Source: Macrostomum lignano
Lineage: Eukaryota
Assembly (NCBI GenBank): GCA_002269645.1
Contig: NIVC01002274.1
Location: 123,914-187,913, forward strand
Reading direction: 5' to 3'
DNA length: 64,000 nt
Part shown: piece after piece, positions 34,481 to 48,600 of the stretch
Layout: every line of letters begins with the position of its first letter
Numbering within the stretch: the first letter of the stretch is position 1
Made by a program: the position numbers and the translations under genes
Notes under the pieces: model-generated
What the model saw: only the letters and a program-made list of their open reading frames with translations
What the model was told of the DNA's origin: nothing
Database searches by the model: none

Positions 34481-37400
34481 TTGTCTTACTAAATGATAAT
34501 TGACGCCACTGCATTGACGTCTACTACTGTACGTGTACAAGAAATTTTTCTAATACAAATTAAATATTAAACTTTAAGCAAAAATGTGAATTTTTACCCA
34601 TGGTATGTGTTCAAGTTATTTAAGTTCCAAAAATTGCACCCCAATATTTTAGGTATTTTTTAATTTTTTGAGAACAGAATTGACCCGTCGTCACAGTACT
34701 ACAGTATACGGCCAGCGATTTGCAGGTATACAGTATACGACACGAGTACAGTACAGCAGTACATTACAGTACAGTACAGTACAGTACATGTATATATAAG
34801 AGCCGTACATAAACAACAATTGTTCCTATTTAAAAACTATCAATATATTGATGACTATAAAGTAAGGCATTTGCTTTTGTTGCATTCACTCAGACATACA
34901 CGAGGAAACTGTTTTTGCCTTGCGCCAATTTTAACGATAATTCGTGATTAGTTGTCAGACGCGATATTTTTTAAACATGACTGACAGTTCCGTTTATAGG
35001 AATAATTATTTTAAAGATTCAGATATTGTGATTATTTTTCTAAGCTTTTTGACTGTATACAGGCACAACACAACATTGTTCTCTTTTGTGAAGCAGTGAG
35101 ATCTTAAGATTATCAGCATCCAAATAGTTTTCCTACTTAGCCAATGAATATATATTTATTCTAATTACTAACTAGGTGCACTTTAGTTTTACTTAGATAG
35201 TTTTTAGAAAGTTGCATAAATATAACGATAAAAAATTATTTAGAAATCAAATTTAGCTATTTTTTAATTTTAAGAATTTTATATTTTTTATTCCTAAGAT
35301 TGATTGTTGTCAATATTGATATAGGGCCTATATAAATAAGGAATAGGATTTCAATACAACATAGCTGATTAGGCCTATAGATGACAACATGGGCAATAAT
35401 TGAGATAGCTATGAAATAATATTTTTGTTTAGGTTGATATATAATATAATATAAGCAAGATATAGATATAGAACAATAGTATAATATGGCTATCCTGTAG
35501 ACAGTAGTTTTGCACATTAAATTATTTTTTTTTGAAAATAGTATCTTTTAAGTAACTTAGATAAGATAATAGATAATAAGGGGTAACAGGGAGTAAGATA
35601 AACATGGAAGCAATTGTCTAATTTTGTTAGTCTGCAATTGAAACATATTACAATAGATAATAATGTGACACCCAATAGAGGAAGTTCCCGAAGGTCTTGT
35701 TTGGGAAGAGGTGCTGCCTGCCGCCAGAGGTACTCCAGGTCTGCCAGCCATGAATTGCACTAAAAAAATGCAAGCTGGAAAAGAACATCATTTATGCATT
35801 TGAACAAAAGTAGCACTTGATAATATGTTATATTTGTTCCCTATTATCTACTCTATCACTTACTAAGCTTAAAGTTACTTAAAAGTTATTATTTTCAAAA
35901 AAAATAATTTAATGTATGAAACTACAGGATAGCCTATAATACAAACATGTGAAACCCCCTGATTTATACTGGCTAGGCTATGCAACTTACTTTTTGACCA
36001 AAACTTACTTGTGAAAAAAACCCTAAAGCAAAAATTAATGCAATTTTTAGTAAATGGCAAGAGTAACTTTGACTATCTTATTAAGGCTAATTGCCTCATT
36101 ATCTAAATAATTAATATTTGTTCAAGTTATGGATAATACGATAATACAATAAAACAATAAATAAATAAAAATCTATATTTTTTCAAAGGCATTTTTATAA
36201 CTTATCCCTGGTTTGCCACAATTTATAGGCCCTAGTGGCTAGGTTTGCCAGGTCAATTAGCAGTTATGCTATTGCTAGGCCCCTATGATATGATAGTTAT
36301 AAGAAGATAGCTATATATAGTTTTTAGATAAAAATTTAGATAGAAATTTAAAAGATTTCGTACAAACAAACAACTCATTTTTAGTATATGGATTATAGGA
36401 TTGAATATTGCTAGTTTCAATCTTGTTTAAAAAACTCTTCAACTTAAGTAGGCCTATAGGGTTGGAGACCTAAGCAATAAAGATTTTTGATTATATATAT
36501 ACACAATAATTAGTCTTTTAATTATTTTAATAAAAAAAGAGAAAGCTAAAGTTTAATAAATATTTTTATTTTTAATACAAACTGAAAATACCCTAGGAAA
36601 GCTCTAAGTCCCTGGGTTTAGGGGTTCAAACAATAGAGATTTACAATGTTAAATAGGCTACTTGTTTTATATTTGGGATAGTAAGACCAACATATTAATG
36701 TTAAGATAAATGCAATCTTAGCTATTTTTATATAATATATAAATAAATGAGATTGACCTATTAAAGAGTGATAAATAGATTTAGCTATTGTTATTACTTT
36801 TTATTTTATTATAATTGTAAATAATAGAAAAACTGTTGCCATTGGATTTATTATCATTAAAAAGTATAGAAAGATATACAAAATTGATTAGCTAAAGATA
36901 TGGATATAGATGTAAATAAGCTATGGGAAAACATTAGATATGGCTGAATATACTATATGGATATAGGAAATTTTTTGGTTATAATGGAACTCTGGTAAAT
37001 TTTTTCATTATTGAGCTTGATTTTTTTCAAAAACACCATAAAAAATTTAACTGCATTAAAACAACATTTTAAACAATAGTTTGAAATTTGACTTCTTAAA
37101 AATCTTTCCAATTTTGTCAATAATTTCTACTGCTTAGTTATTTGATTTTTGCAGCAAAGATGCAAGGTGTTGCTGCATCAGTATCTGATACTCTTGGTAA
37201 TATCAGGTAACCACAGTATAATTCATTTATTCATGTTGTAATTTTTATTTTAATTGGTGTTCTATATTTTCTTGTTGTATCCTACTGTTGGAAATCACCT
37301 ACTATAAACTTCCTTTTTGTCTATGTTTTGGTTTTCATTTTTATTAATATACAGTTTATTTTAATCATTGGAAAATATTAATGAGTGTTATGCTTTAATT

Positions 37401-37692
37401 TTTTTCAAAATGTTAATTATTACATATTTAATTTAATAGACTGGATCTGGAAAAAATTCTGCTACTTATGTGCTATTTGCATGCAAAACTTATTAAATTA
37501 TGGTTAAATGGTAAAGTATTTTTCCTTTGCACTTATCATATGCACAATCGATTTCTCTTTTGCTAGCACCTTAGCCTATATACTATTGAGTATTTTCCCT
37601 ATACGCTATACAAATGCAAATCTTATAAACAAAATTAGTTGCTTTATTTTGTTTTCAGACCTTGGCTGCATAAAGTTACCACCCAGAGCAAG

Positions 37693-40600
37693 ATGACAGA
37701 CTCTAAGTACTTTACAACTACCAGAAAGGGTAAGAGTTTATTATGGTATTTTTCTCAGTATTTTCTTGTGGGCGCTGCAATCCCCCAGTCCTTCAGTGGG
37801 CATTGGCACTGCAATCCCCCAGTCCTTCAGTGGGCATTGGCACTGCAATCCCCCAGTCTTTCAGTGGGCATTGGCACTGCAATCCCCCAGTCTTTCAGTA
37901 GGCATTGGCACTGCAATCCCCCAGTCCTTCAGTGGGCATTTGCACTGCAATCCCCCAGTCCTTCAGTGGGCATTTGCACTGCAATCCCCCAGTCCTTCAG
38001 TGGGCATTGGCACTGCAATCCCCCAGTCCTTCAGTAGGCATTGGCACTGCAATCCCAGTCCTTCAGTAGGCATTGGCACTGCAATCCCAGTCCTTCAGTG
38101 GGCATTGGCACTGCAATCCCAGTCCTTCAGTAGGCATTGGCACTGCAATCCCAGTCCTTCAGTGGGCATTGGCACTGCAATCCCAGTCCTTCAGTAGGCA
38201 TTGGCACTGCAATCCCAGTCCTTCAGTAGGCATTGGCACTGCAATCCCAGTCCTTCAGTGGGCATTGGCGGATCTGTCCACGTGTCTGAATCGAACTCCG
38301 CCCGTCACCCACCTGTCAGGTGAGATATTCGAGCTGAAAGCAGAGCTGAACAGCGATCGCAAGGACAAGCGCAAGGAGGCGGTGAAGAAGGTGATTGCCA
38401 GCATGACCGTAGGCAAAGACGTGAGCACCCTCTTTCCCGACGTTGTCAACTGCATGCAGGCGGACAACCTGGAGCTGAAGAAGCTGGTGTATCTGTACCT
38501 GATGAACTACGCCAAGACCCAGCCAGACAAGGCCATCATGGCCGTGAACACTTTTGTGCGCGACTGCGAAGATCCTAATCCGTTAATCCGGGCTCTGGCC
38601 GTGCGCACCATCGGCTGTATTCGGGTTGACGAGATCACCGCCTATCTGTGCGACCCGTTGCGCAAATGCCTGAAAGATGAGGACCCGTACGTGCGCAAGA
38701 CTGCGGCTGTGTGCGTTGCTAAGCTGCACGACATCGACCCGCTGCTGGTTGAGGAGCAGGGCTTCTTGGACATGCTCAAGGACCTCCTGGCTGACAGTAA
38801 TCCCATGGTGGTTGCCAACGCTGTGGCCGCTATGACTGAGATCGGCGAGTCTGCCCAGACTGAAGCCGCTGCTCGGATGCTCACCTGGAGCGGGCACCTG
38901 GTTAATAAACTGCTTACTGCGTTAAACGAATGCACCGAGTGAGTGTTTGTTTTGAATTTTAACTCTTCCTAGTGCTATATTTATTTAAATTGTTTGATCT
39001 TATTTGTTTAAACCAACTCATTCCGCCTACAGATGGGGCCAAGTGTTTATCCTGGATGCGGTCGCCAACTATACACCGTCGGAAGAGAATGAGGCGCAGA
39101 GGTTTGTAATATATGTGCTGATGGTAGAAAGAAAAGCAGTCTGTGATTGGTCAGGAATGAACAGCCTGATTAGTCAGAAATAAACACTGATTGGTCAGGA
39201 GGGAGCAGTCTCTGATTGGTCAGGAGTGAGCAGTCTCTGATTGGTCAGAAGAGAGCAGTCTCTGATTGGTCAGGAGGGAACAGTCTCTGATTAATCAGAA
39301 GGGAACAGTCTCTGATCGGTCAGAAGGGAGCAGTCTCTGATGGGTCAGGAGGGAGCAGTCTGATTAGAGAAAATGAGAAAAACGATAGTATTGGTAACCA
39401 GTGATTGGTCCACTGTCTCAACGCCCCATCCCCGCCCTGTCAGCATGATCGAGCGCGTCTGTCCCCGTTTGGCGCACGCCAACGCAGCGGTGGTGCTCAG
39501 CGCCGTCAAAGTGATCATGAAACTGCTGGAGCTGCTGACGCCTGGCAGCGATTTTGTTCAGAGCACCGTGAAAAAGCTTTCGGCCCCGCTCGTCACTCTG
39601 TTATCTAGCGAGCACGAGATCCAGTATGTTGCCCTGCGCAACATCAACCTCATTGTGCAGAAGCGGCCGGAAATTCTAAAGCACGAGCTCAAGGTGTTCT
39701 TTGTCAAGTACAACGATCCGATCTACGTAAAGTTGGAGAAGCTGGACATCCTCATCAGGCTGACCTCGGCTGCTAACATTGCTAATGTGCTGGCTGAGCT
39801 TAAGGAGTACGCCACAGAGGTTGACGTGGACTTTGTTCGCAAAGCGGTTAGTTTCTTTGCTGTTTTGGGGCTGCTCGAGGTGTGTGGAGTATGTGACTCA
39901 TGCTGCTCGAGTGTGTGAAGTATGTGACTCATGCAGCTCGGGCGTTTGGAATATGTGACTCACGCTGCTCGGGTATGTCCTTGTCCACTGTCCTCCCGGC
40001 CCTCTCCTCCCCAGTCCTCATCCGAGATCCCAAGCTTCATCCCTTTACCTTTACCATAAACAGGTCCGCGCCATCGGCCGCTGCGCCATCAAAGTGGAGT
40101 CGGCAGCCGAGCGCTGCGTGAGCACCCTGCTTGACCTGATCCAGACCAAGGTGAACTACGTAGTCCAGGAGGCCATCGTAGTCATCAAAGACATTTTCCG
40201 CAAGTACCCGAACAAGTACGAATCAGTGATTGGGACTCTGTGCGAGAATCTGGACACCCTTGACGAGCCCGAAGCCCGCGCCTCCATGATCTGGATCATC
40301 GGCGAATACGCGGAACGCATCGACAACGCCGACGAGCTGCTCGAGTCGTTCCTGGATGGCTTCGCCGACGAGCAGACCTCCGTGCAGCTGCAGCTGCTCA
40401 CCGCGGTGGTTAAACTGTTTCTGAAGCGGCCGACGGACACTCAGGAGCTGGTGCAGCGGGTGCTCAGTCTGGCTACTCAGGAGGCTGACAATCCAGACCT
40501 GCGCGATCGCGGCTACATCTATTGGCGACTGCTGTCCACTGACCCGGCCGCCGCTAAGCAGGTTGTGCTGGCCGAGAAGCCGCTAATTAGCGAGGAGACC

Positions 40601-43381
40601 GACCTGCTGGAGCCCAGCCTCCTTGGCGAGCTGGTCTGCCACATCGGCAGCCTGGCCTCCGTCTATCACCGGCCACCGTCTGCCTTTGTTGACGGCCGCG
40701 TGGCCGCTCAGCGCAAAGGCCTGCCGAGCCGGGCGCCAACCCTGGCCGAGGCCACAGGCGCCGCCGATGCCGGTGCGGAAGTCGTTCCGACCGACAACGC
40801 TCAGAACGCCAAGCCAGCAGTCAGCGTTATTCCTACGCAGGATTCGTTGATTGGTGACCTGCTGGATATTGACATGTCGGGCGGAGGCGGTGGCAGCGGG
40901 ATTACACAGCAGTCGGCGGCTCCGGCCGTGCCCAGTCAGTCGAACGCGATGGACCTGCTTGGCGACGGCCTCGACTCGCTTGTATGTTATTTGAGCGTGC
41001 GATATTTCCCAACGAAATCTGCTGTAATCATGTTTCAGTATTGTGCTTATGCATTTTTGATCGGAATACCTTGCAGCTCACAATAGGATCCCCATAATTG
41101 TATTGGATTATCCCCATAATTGGATTGGATTATCCCCATAATTGTATTGGATTATCCCCATAATTGTATTGGATTATCCTATAATTGGATTATCCCTATA
41201 ATTGGATTGGATTATCCCCATTATTGGATTGGATTATCCCTATAAGTGGATTGGATTATCCCCATAATTGGATTGGATTATCCTATACTTGGATTATCCC
41301 CATTATTAGATTGCATGATCCCCATGATTGGATTGGACTATCCCCATAATTAGATTAGATTATCCCCATAATTGGATTGGATTATCCCCATAATTGGATT
41401 GGATTATCCCCATGATTGGATTGGATTATCCCCATAATTGGATTGGATTATCCCCATAATTGGATTAGATTATCCCCATAATTGGATTGGATTATCCCCA
41501 TAATTGGATTGGATTATCCCCATAATTGGATTGGATTATCCCCATAATTGGATTGGATTATCCCCATGATTGGATTGGATTATCCCCATAATTGGATTGG
41601 ATTATCCCCATAATTGGATTAGATTATCCCCATAATTGGATTGGATTATCCCCATAATTGGATTGGATTATCCCCATAATTGGATTGGATTATCCCCATA
41701 ATTGGATTGGATTATCCCCATAATTGGATTGGATTATCCCCATAATTGGATTGGATTATCCCCATAATTGTATTGGTTTATCCCATAATTGGTTTGGATT
41801 ATCCCCATTATCGGATTGCATGATCCCCATAATTGGATTGGATTGTCCCCCATAGTCGAAATATCCCCCGGCCCCGTAATCGAATCATCCCCTATAAAAT
41901 GCATAACCCAATGACCTTAACGTGTGCAAAAGCTTCAAGCACGCTGCAATCTGTATATTCCGCCGATTTCAATCCCACCAGCTGGGACTCGGCGGTCCGG
42001 CGCCCCAGCAGCCGCCCCAGCAGCAGCCAGCAGTCGGCGGCGGCTCAGGCGTAGACGCTCTGGCTGACATATTCGGCGGCCTGTCGGCCACTCCGTCAGC
42101 GCAGGCGGGCTTCACCCCCCAGCTGGAGTCCTGGCTGCCTGCCCAGCGCGGCAAAGGCATGCAAATCGATGGCCGATTCCTGAGACGCGGCGCCCAACTT
42201 CAGATGGAGCTGCAGGTGCGCAATAACGCTATGCAGCAACTGAGCGGCTTCGCTATTCAGTTCAATAAGAACAGCTTCGGCCTGGCCCCGGCGCAGCCGC
42301 TGAGCCTGAATCCGCTGGCCCCGATGCAGACCGCCACCACTCTGCTGCCTCTGCACACTAAAGGGCAGGTGCAAAAAATGGAGCCGCTGCTTAATCTGCA
42401 GGTGAGTCCGTCTGTTTTTTTTAGAATTTTCACCTCATTCTGACCAGACTACCCATGATCAGAATTCCTATGATCAGAATACTCAACCACTGACCAAAAT
42501 CCCCATGACCAGAATCTCCACGATTAAACTACTTATGACCAGAATCCCCATGACCAGAATCTCCATGACCAGAATCTCCATGACCAGAATCCCATGACCA
42601 GTATCCCCTTGACCAGCATCCCCAATGACCAAACCAAACTACCCATGACCAGAATCTCCATGACCAGAATCCCCATGACCAAAATCCCCATGACCAGAAT
42701 CCCCATGACCAGAATCTCGATGACCAGAATCTCGATGACCAGAATCCCATGACCAAAATCCCCATGACCAGTATCCCCAATGACCAAACCAAACTACCCA
42801 TGACCAGAATCCCCATGACCAGAATCTCCATGACCAGCATCCCCGTGACCAGTATTCCCATGACCAGCATCCCCATGACCAGTATCCCCGATGATCAAAC
42901 TACCTATGAGCAGAATCGCCATGACCAGCTGCCGCGCCAATCTCCCAATCTCTCCACCCGAAACTTCTCGCATACTCAGGTAGCCGTGAAGAACAACATC
43001 GATGTGTTCTACTTCTCCTGCTTGGTGCCAATCCACGTTCTGTTCACCGAGGAGGGCGGCATGGACAAGCGGGTGTTCCTGTCCACATGGAAGGACATCC
43101 CGGCCGACAGCGAGTCGCAGACCAGCCTGGGCAGCTACTCGCACTCCCCAGACTCCGTCAGCAACCTGCTGCAGTCGTGCAACGTGTTCACCATAGCCAG
43201 ACGCAGCGTTGACGGCATCGAGATGCTCTACCAGTCAATGAAGCTGTGCAACGGCATCCTGGTGCTGGCCGAGCTGAAGATCAGCGGCGGCGCGTTCACC
43301 CTCAGTCTGAAGTCTCGCCACGCCGAGGTTTACTCCGGGGTGCAGGAGTCCTATCTGAAGATTCTGAAGAGTTCCAACTAA
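37693..43381 (+). CDS. AP1B1/AP2B1: AP-1/AP-2 complex subunit beta (beta adaptin), 7 coding exons, 955 aa
   Basis: Exons 37693-37729, 38320-38938, 39033-39101, 39444-39846, 40064-40981, 41982-42401, 42980-43381. 2868 nt in frame. [13 protein letters not shown]|[35 protein letters not shown], clathrin-box hinge (LIGDLLDID) and appendage domains. AATAAA at 43419. Confidence 0.98.
37765..38268. repeat. 32-34-bp minisatellite (CAGTGGGCATTGGCACTGCAATCCCCCAGTCCTT) in beta-adaptin intron
   Basis: About 15 copies. The unit shortens by 2 bp midway. Confidence 0.95.
39135..39375. repeat. About 25-bp degenerate repeat (GGAGCAGTCTCTGATTGGTCAGGA)
   Basis: About 9 copies in the beta-adaptin intron. Confidence 0.85.
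41085..41845. repeat. 22-bp minisatellite (ATTGGATTGGATTATCCCCATA)
   Basis: About 34 copies in the beta-adaptin intron. Confidence 0.95.
42450..42930. repeat. 15-bp minisatellite (CCCCATGACCAGAAT)
   Basis: About 30 degenerate copies in the last beta-adaptin intron. Confidence 0.92.
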
Positions 43382-44486
43382 CGAAAAATGTTGACATTTT
43401 CCTGCCATATCTACTATTAATAAACTAATCTGTTTTGTGATTGATAGGCCTGTCTCCAACCCAATCTGGGATAAATTGAGTTTATGACGCTTTTTCAATA
43501 TATATTACTGATTAACATTCTTAGATGGTGTTATTAATCAAGCGCGAGTAGTATGCCGAGTGTATGTGTTTCAAACTTATATAAATATGATTCCCATTAT
43601 CGCCACTGCATAGTTCTACATGTACTTGTCAGTCTCTGTGCCAGCCGTCAGGCCGTTTTCTGATTCTTCAGTCTGAGGTAACTGATGCCCTCTGTACTTT
43701 GAACTCGCTTTATTCGTAGTCAACTCTTCAGCGCGGTTGACGCCCAGCCCCCGGCGAATACTCAGAACTCACTATTTGTTACACCTCTATTATATTGTAT
43801 CTCTATGCCATAAATGGAAGTAGCGGAAATGTGCCTGCAAATTCATATAGTGCTGATTTTTGCACACCTTGTTTTCTCACTTTTACAAAATTACCTTATA
43901 CGAGTATATTATGGATTGGAGCGCAACTGATTGATCCGTAAATTATTTACCGACATTTCAATTAGACTACTATTAGTAACCAGCTTAGGCAATTAATGCG
44001 CTTGCTGGATTGATTGTGAGATTTGTTCCCCAAGGAAACCGGGGAGTGAAGAATTCAACTAAAAATAAAAACGCGCACAAAAAACTGGCCGTTAAATTAA
44101 TTTTCTGCCTCCTGATTGAAATGCCAACTCGCGCTGGACTTGTTCATTCATTTTCCAGACTCTTTAAAAGGAATCGAACCAGGGGTCGTGGCTCAAGAGT
44201 CCCAGACGCTTTTAATGTTGAGCTCTCGATGAAACCGACCAGACGACTTCTAAAACGATGACAAGTCACGATACAAGTCGTCAAAGTCAATTTGAAACGT
44301 TTAAGTGCCTACGAATCTGAAAAGATTCTGGGGCGCTTTGAGGCGTGCTGGAGTCCCTGTAGAATCTCTGAGTAGGGGAGGGGCGTCTCCACCGGGGGGG
44401 ATAGGGGGGACATGTCAATGCTTTGTCCTCCAGCCCAACCTTTTGACCCGTTATGGAAATAAATAATTTTGCTTCAGAGCATACAT

Positions 44487-44637
44487 GCGCAACTTTGGGA
44501 ATCACCCGGTCGTTTCTATTGGCAACACATACATGTAAGTCGCTATTGGCTGAGACAGTCACGTGACTACTATTCCGTCGAATAGCGACTTACGTGTGTT
44601 GCCAATAGAAATGGCCGAGTGAATCCCAAGGTTGCGC
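44487..44637. other. About 150-bp imperfect inverted repeat (hairpin or MITE)
   Basis: Arm 44487-44547 GCGCAACTTTGGGAATCACCCGGTCGTTTCTATTGGCAACAC..GTAAGTCGCTATT pairs with 44581-44637 AATAGCGACTTACGTGTGTTGCCAATAGAAATGGCCGAGTGAATCCCAAGGTTGCGC. Central palindrome AGTCACGTGACT. Confidence 0.8.
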
Positions 44638-45652
44638 CCAAGCATGCTTCAGAGCGACAAAGTATAGCGTCTGCGGCGCCAAAATGAGCGCTGACAACAC
44701 CAATTCTGAAAATAATGTACATGTACGATTGTACGTGTAGAATTATATCTTGCTTTGTCCCCCTGCAGTAATGCTTGGTTTATCAAGTGCAATACTCCTA
44801 AATTTAATTGAGTCAAGCTTGTTTAAAAGAACAAATAGCAACATCATTCATGACGACGCAGTAGCGTCCAAAGTGCATTCGTGCCACTTTATGAATTAGA
44901 ATCGCATTTGGTCCTACCTGGACAGCTTTTTGCGACTTCTACTACTCAGGCGATGCACTCGTGACTCAACAGTCGCCTCTCCGTGGCATTACAGTCGTTA
45001 AAAAGTCACAAGAGTCGACGCAGTTGCTAGAGTCACCAGCGAGTTGTTTGCAATGACTCTAGGCGATTCCTGTCACGCTAACATTACCAAAGTGTACAAT
45101 AAAAGAGAAACAAGACATCGCAAGCCACTCTTATTTAAGTTAATAGGTGTTTACAATTGCTTGCCGACTAATTCAAACAGTATAAAGCGGTTGCATTAAC
45201 AAGCCACTGCAGCAAAGCGGCTATCATTTATAATTTACAATTAAACCAATGCAATGTGTAAAAGGACGCCACATATTAACTTAATAATAATTATAAGCGA
45301 GGATTCAGAGCAAACAGTCACAGTTTAAATCGGATAAATAAGCAACTACGATGGGTTTTCATAAACAAATGACAAGTTATATCGATCAGCTATGACAGGC
45401 CACTTTGTCTAGATTGCTGAGAAATGAGATCACTGACATTTGTTTTTGAAAACTGACATTTGTTTTGGATTAATAACTAACACAGAGCAATGCAACAATG
45501 GACTAACAGCAGTGCAGGCGATGCCAGGCACTGTTACATAAATCATACATACAGGTACTTCGTGGAGTTTATAAGCTAGTGGTGACGCAGTTAATAGATA
45601 CATTAGAAATAAAAATATTGGCATAAATACGGAAGCAGCGGCCTACTGGTGG

Positions 45653-48600
45653 TCAAATGCACAGGGCCAGCCGCTGGTAGTCGGGCGGGGCGACCTCGTA
45701 GCTGTCAACTGATAGGTAGCTGTCAAAGCGCTCATCCAGGAAACTGAAATCGGAGTTTATGGGAGTTCAAACAATTAGTGTTTTTAAGCTGAAGTGTTGC
45801 TTTTGGCACATAGCTAATCCAGATTGGCCCAATGCTAATCCAGATTGGCCCACTGCTAATCCAGATTGGCCCAATGCTAATCCGAACTGACACACTGCTA
45901 ATCCAGATTGGCCCACTGCTAATGCGAACTGACACACTGCTAATCCACAATGACACACTGCTAATCCACAATGACACACAGCTAATCCACAATGACACAC
46001 AGCTAACCCACAATGACACACAGCTAATCCACAATGACACACAGCTAATCCACAATGACACATACTAATCCACAATGACACACAGCTAATCCACAATGAC
46101 ACAAAGCTAATCCAAAATGACACACAGCTAACCCAAAATGACACACAGCTAATCCACAATGACACAGTGAATCAAAAAATAGCTTAAAGAAACTGTAATT
46201 TGAAGACAGCCCTACAACTCAAAATTAAAAACTAAATAATGCATTGTCACTCACGCCACAAAGCGCTGGCATTCGTCGAGTAGGCGGCCGGCTGGCCCGG
46301 CTGGCAGCGCGGCCAGCGGCAGCAGCTCCGGCAGACAGGCCATGAGGCGCAGCAGGTGCGCGGCCCCGTAGACTCCAGCCGGCAGGGCGGACCGCTGCGA
46401 ACGGATCAGGGCGGCGTACTGCGGCCTCTCGAACTTGTACAGCAGCCGGCAGCCGAGGCAGGCGTTGAACAGGCCGACTAGGCCGTCTGAGAACTCGCGG
46501 CGAGTCGTTCTGCTAGTCGCCAAGTCGTTGGCGCCGGCCTGCTCAGCAGCAGGGTCAAAGTCGGCATAGTCTCCGGCGATGGCCAGCACAGTAGCCCGAG
46601 GCCCGACAGGCAGGCGCAGCAGTTTGCACTGGTTCAGCACCAGATCCTGGTGTGGGCGACGGGGAGGCGGGTCGGGAGGCTTGGGGCGCTGTTTGAACTG
46701 CTTTACATTCATATTTAGCTGGATAGTTGCTGCCAAACAGACGGAGGCAGGGGAGAAGCAAAAAAACCGTGGACAGGATCGGAGAGACGACTGAGAGAGG
46801 ATTGGGAGAGGACTGGCAGAGGACTGGGAGAGGATTGGGAGAGGACTGGGAGAGGACTGGGAGAGGATTGGGAGAGGACTGGGAGAGGACTGGGAGAGGA
46901 TTGGGAGAGGACTGGGAGAGGACTGGGAGAGCGGAGAGGACTGGGAGAGCGGAGAGGACTGGGAAAGGACTGGGAGAGCGGAGAGGACTGGGAGAGCGGA
47001 GAGGACTGGGAGAGCGGAGAGGACTGGGAGAGCGGAGAGGATTGGCAGAAGACTGGGAGAGGACTGGGAGAGGATTGGCAGAAGACTGCGAGAGGACTGG
47101 GAGAGGACTGGGAGAGGACTGGGAGAGCGGAGAGGACTGGGAGAGGATTGGCAGAAGACTGGGAGAGGACTGGGAGAGGATTGGCAGAAGACTGCGAGAG
47201 GACTGGGAGAGGACTAGGAGAGGATTGGGAGAGGACTGGGAGAGGACCTGAAATCTCACCTGATCATCAGCCAGCCAGTCTCTCAGCCGCTCTGTCAACG
47301 GCAGACTGGCCCGAAGCAGCGGCAGAGGCGCCGGTCGCAGACGGGATTCAGCAGAAGTGTCGCTGGTGGCGGCCGGTTGTGCCTCAGCCGTTGGCTGCTG
47401 CAACAATGAAGGCAGCGGAGGCGTCGCTGAAGGAGGCGTCGCAGCCGGCGGCCGCTCGGCGATCTGATGCAAAACTGGCGGCTGCGCCGCAATCGCCAAC
47501 GAGTCGGTTGCGGCAGTCGCCGCCGACGGTTCCAATTCCGACGCGGCTGAGGCGGCAGACGTTGAGGCGGATACTGACGCCGAAGCTGTTAACGAAGCCG
47601 CTGGCATTCGCTCCTCCAGGTGGCGCAGCGACTCCGGCATGGGATAGCACTGGCGCTGCAGTTCCGCTTTGCGCAACTTTTTACCGCCCGGCTTGGAGAA
47701 GGCTTCTTTCAGCTCCTTCTGCTTTTGCAGGCCGACAGCGTTAAACTTCATCATGCGGGCCTCTGTTACCCATTCGTCCCAGCTGAGGGCATCGGTTGGC
47801 ATTGGCTGTACGAGCGTGATATGCTACTATCCTACACTACTAACAGTCGGTCATTAGTAGTACGAGTAGTTAAAAATCAAGAATCAATAAATGCTCACTT
47901 CTTATTCCAACCCTGATAGTGTACAAAATACTTCATCTGTCCATCCTTGAAGTCCACTCGTAGGCACTGGAATGGAATTAACATTTTTATAGAAGACACA
48001 AATTGATTAGGTAGAAAAGTGATTTTGTTAATATTCCTCAAATGTTATTATAACAAAGCACAGCATACCTTAGCTTCATAGAGAAGTGGGCCATGGAAAC
48101 ACAGGATTTTTTCTTCTAAAGAGCAAAAGTGACAGACAGTTGAAGCAATCTTTAGAAGAGATGCATAATTAGTTTGTTAAGTAGCATTACAGTAACCATA
48201 AACACCAAAGGATTGAATACTGTGCATGATTTTTTTTTACTTTTTGAGGAAATTGAGACAATACTAAAAATATTTAAAAACTACAACCAATGTTTGTACA
48301 TCTCTACTTACATACTTGAATTGTAATTGCCTGATAATTATTTAATAAAAACACACAACAATTACTTGTTGAATATTACACAGTTTATGCAATATTTGAT
48401 GTTATCTATGTTTGTATAATAGTATGTTATGCAATTTAATGCACTTTTGTTTCAAATTTTGCTAGTATAAATTGTATAATTTTAACAATTCAAATCAAAA
48501 AATAATTTGATATTCTAGCTTTTAACTTTAAGCTAGGCCTATTAAAGTATTAGAAAAATATAGATTATTGCTAATAAAAATAAAAATAAGAATAGTAAAA

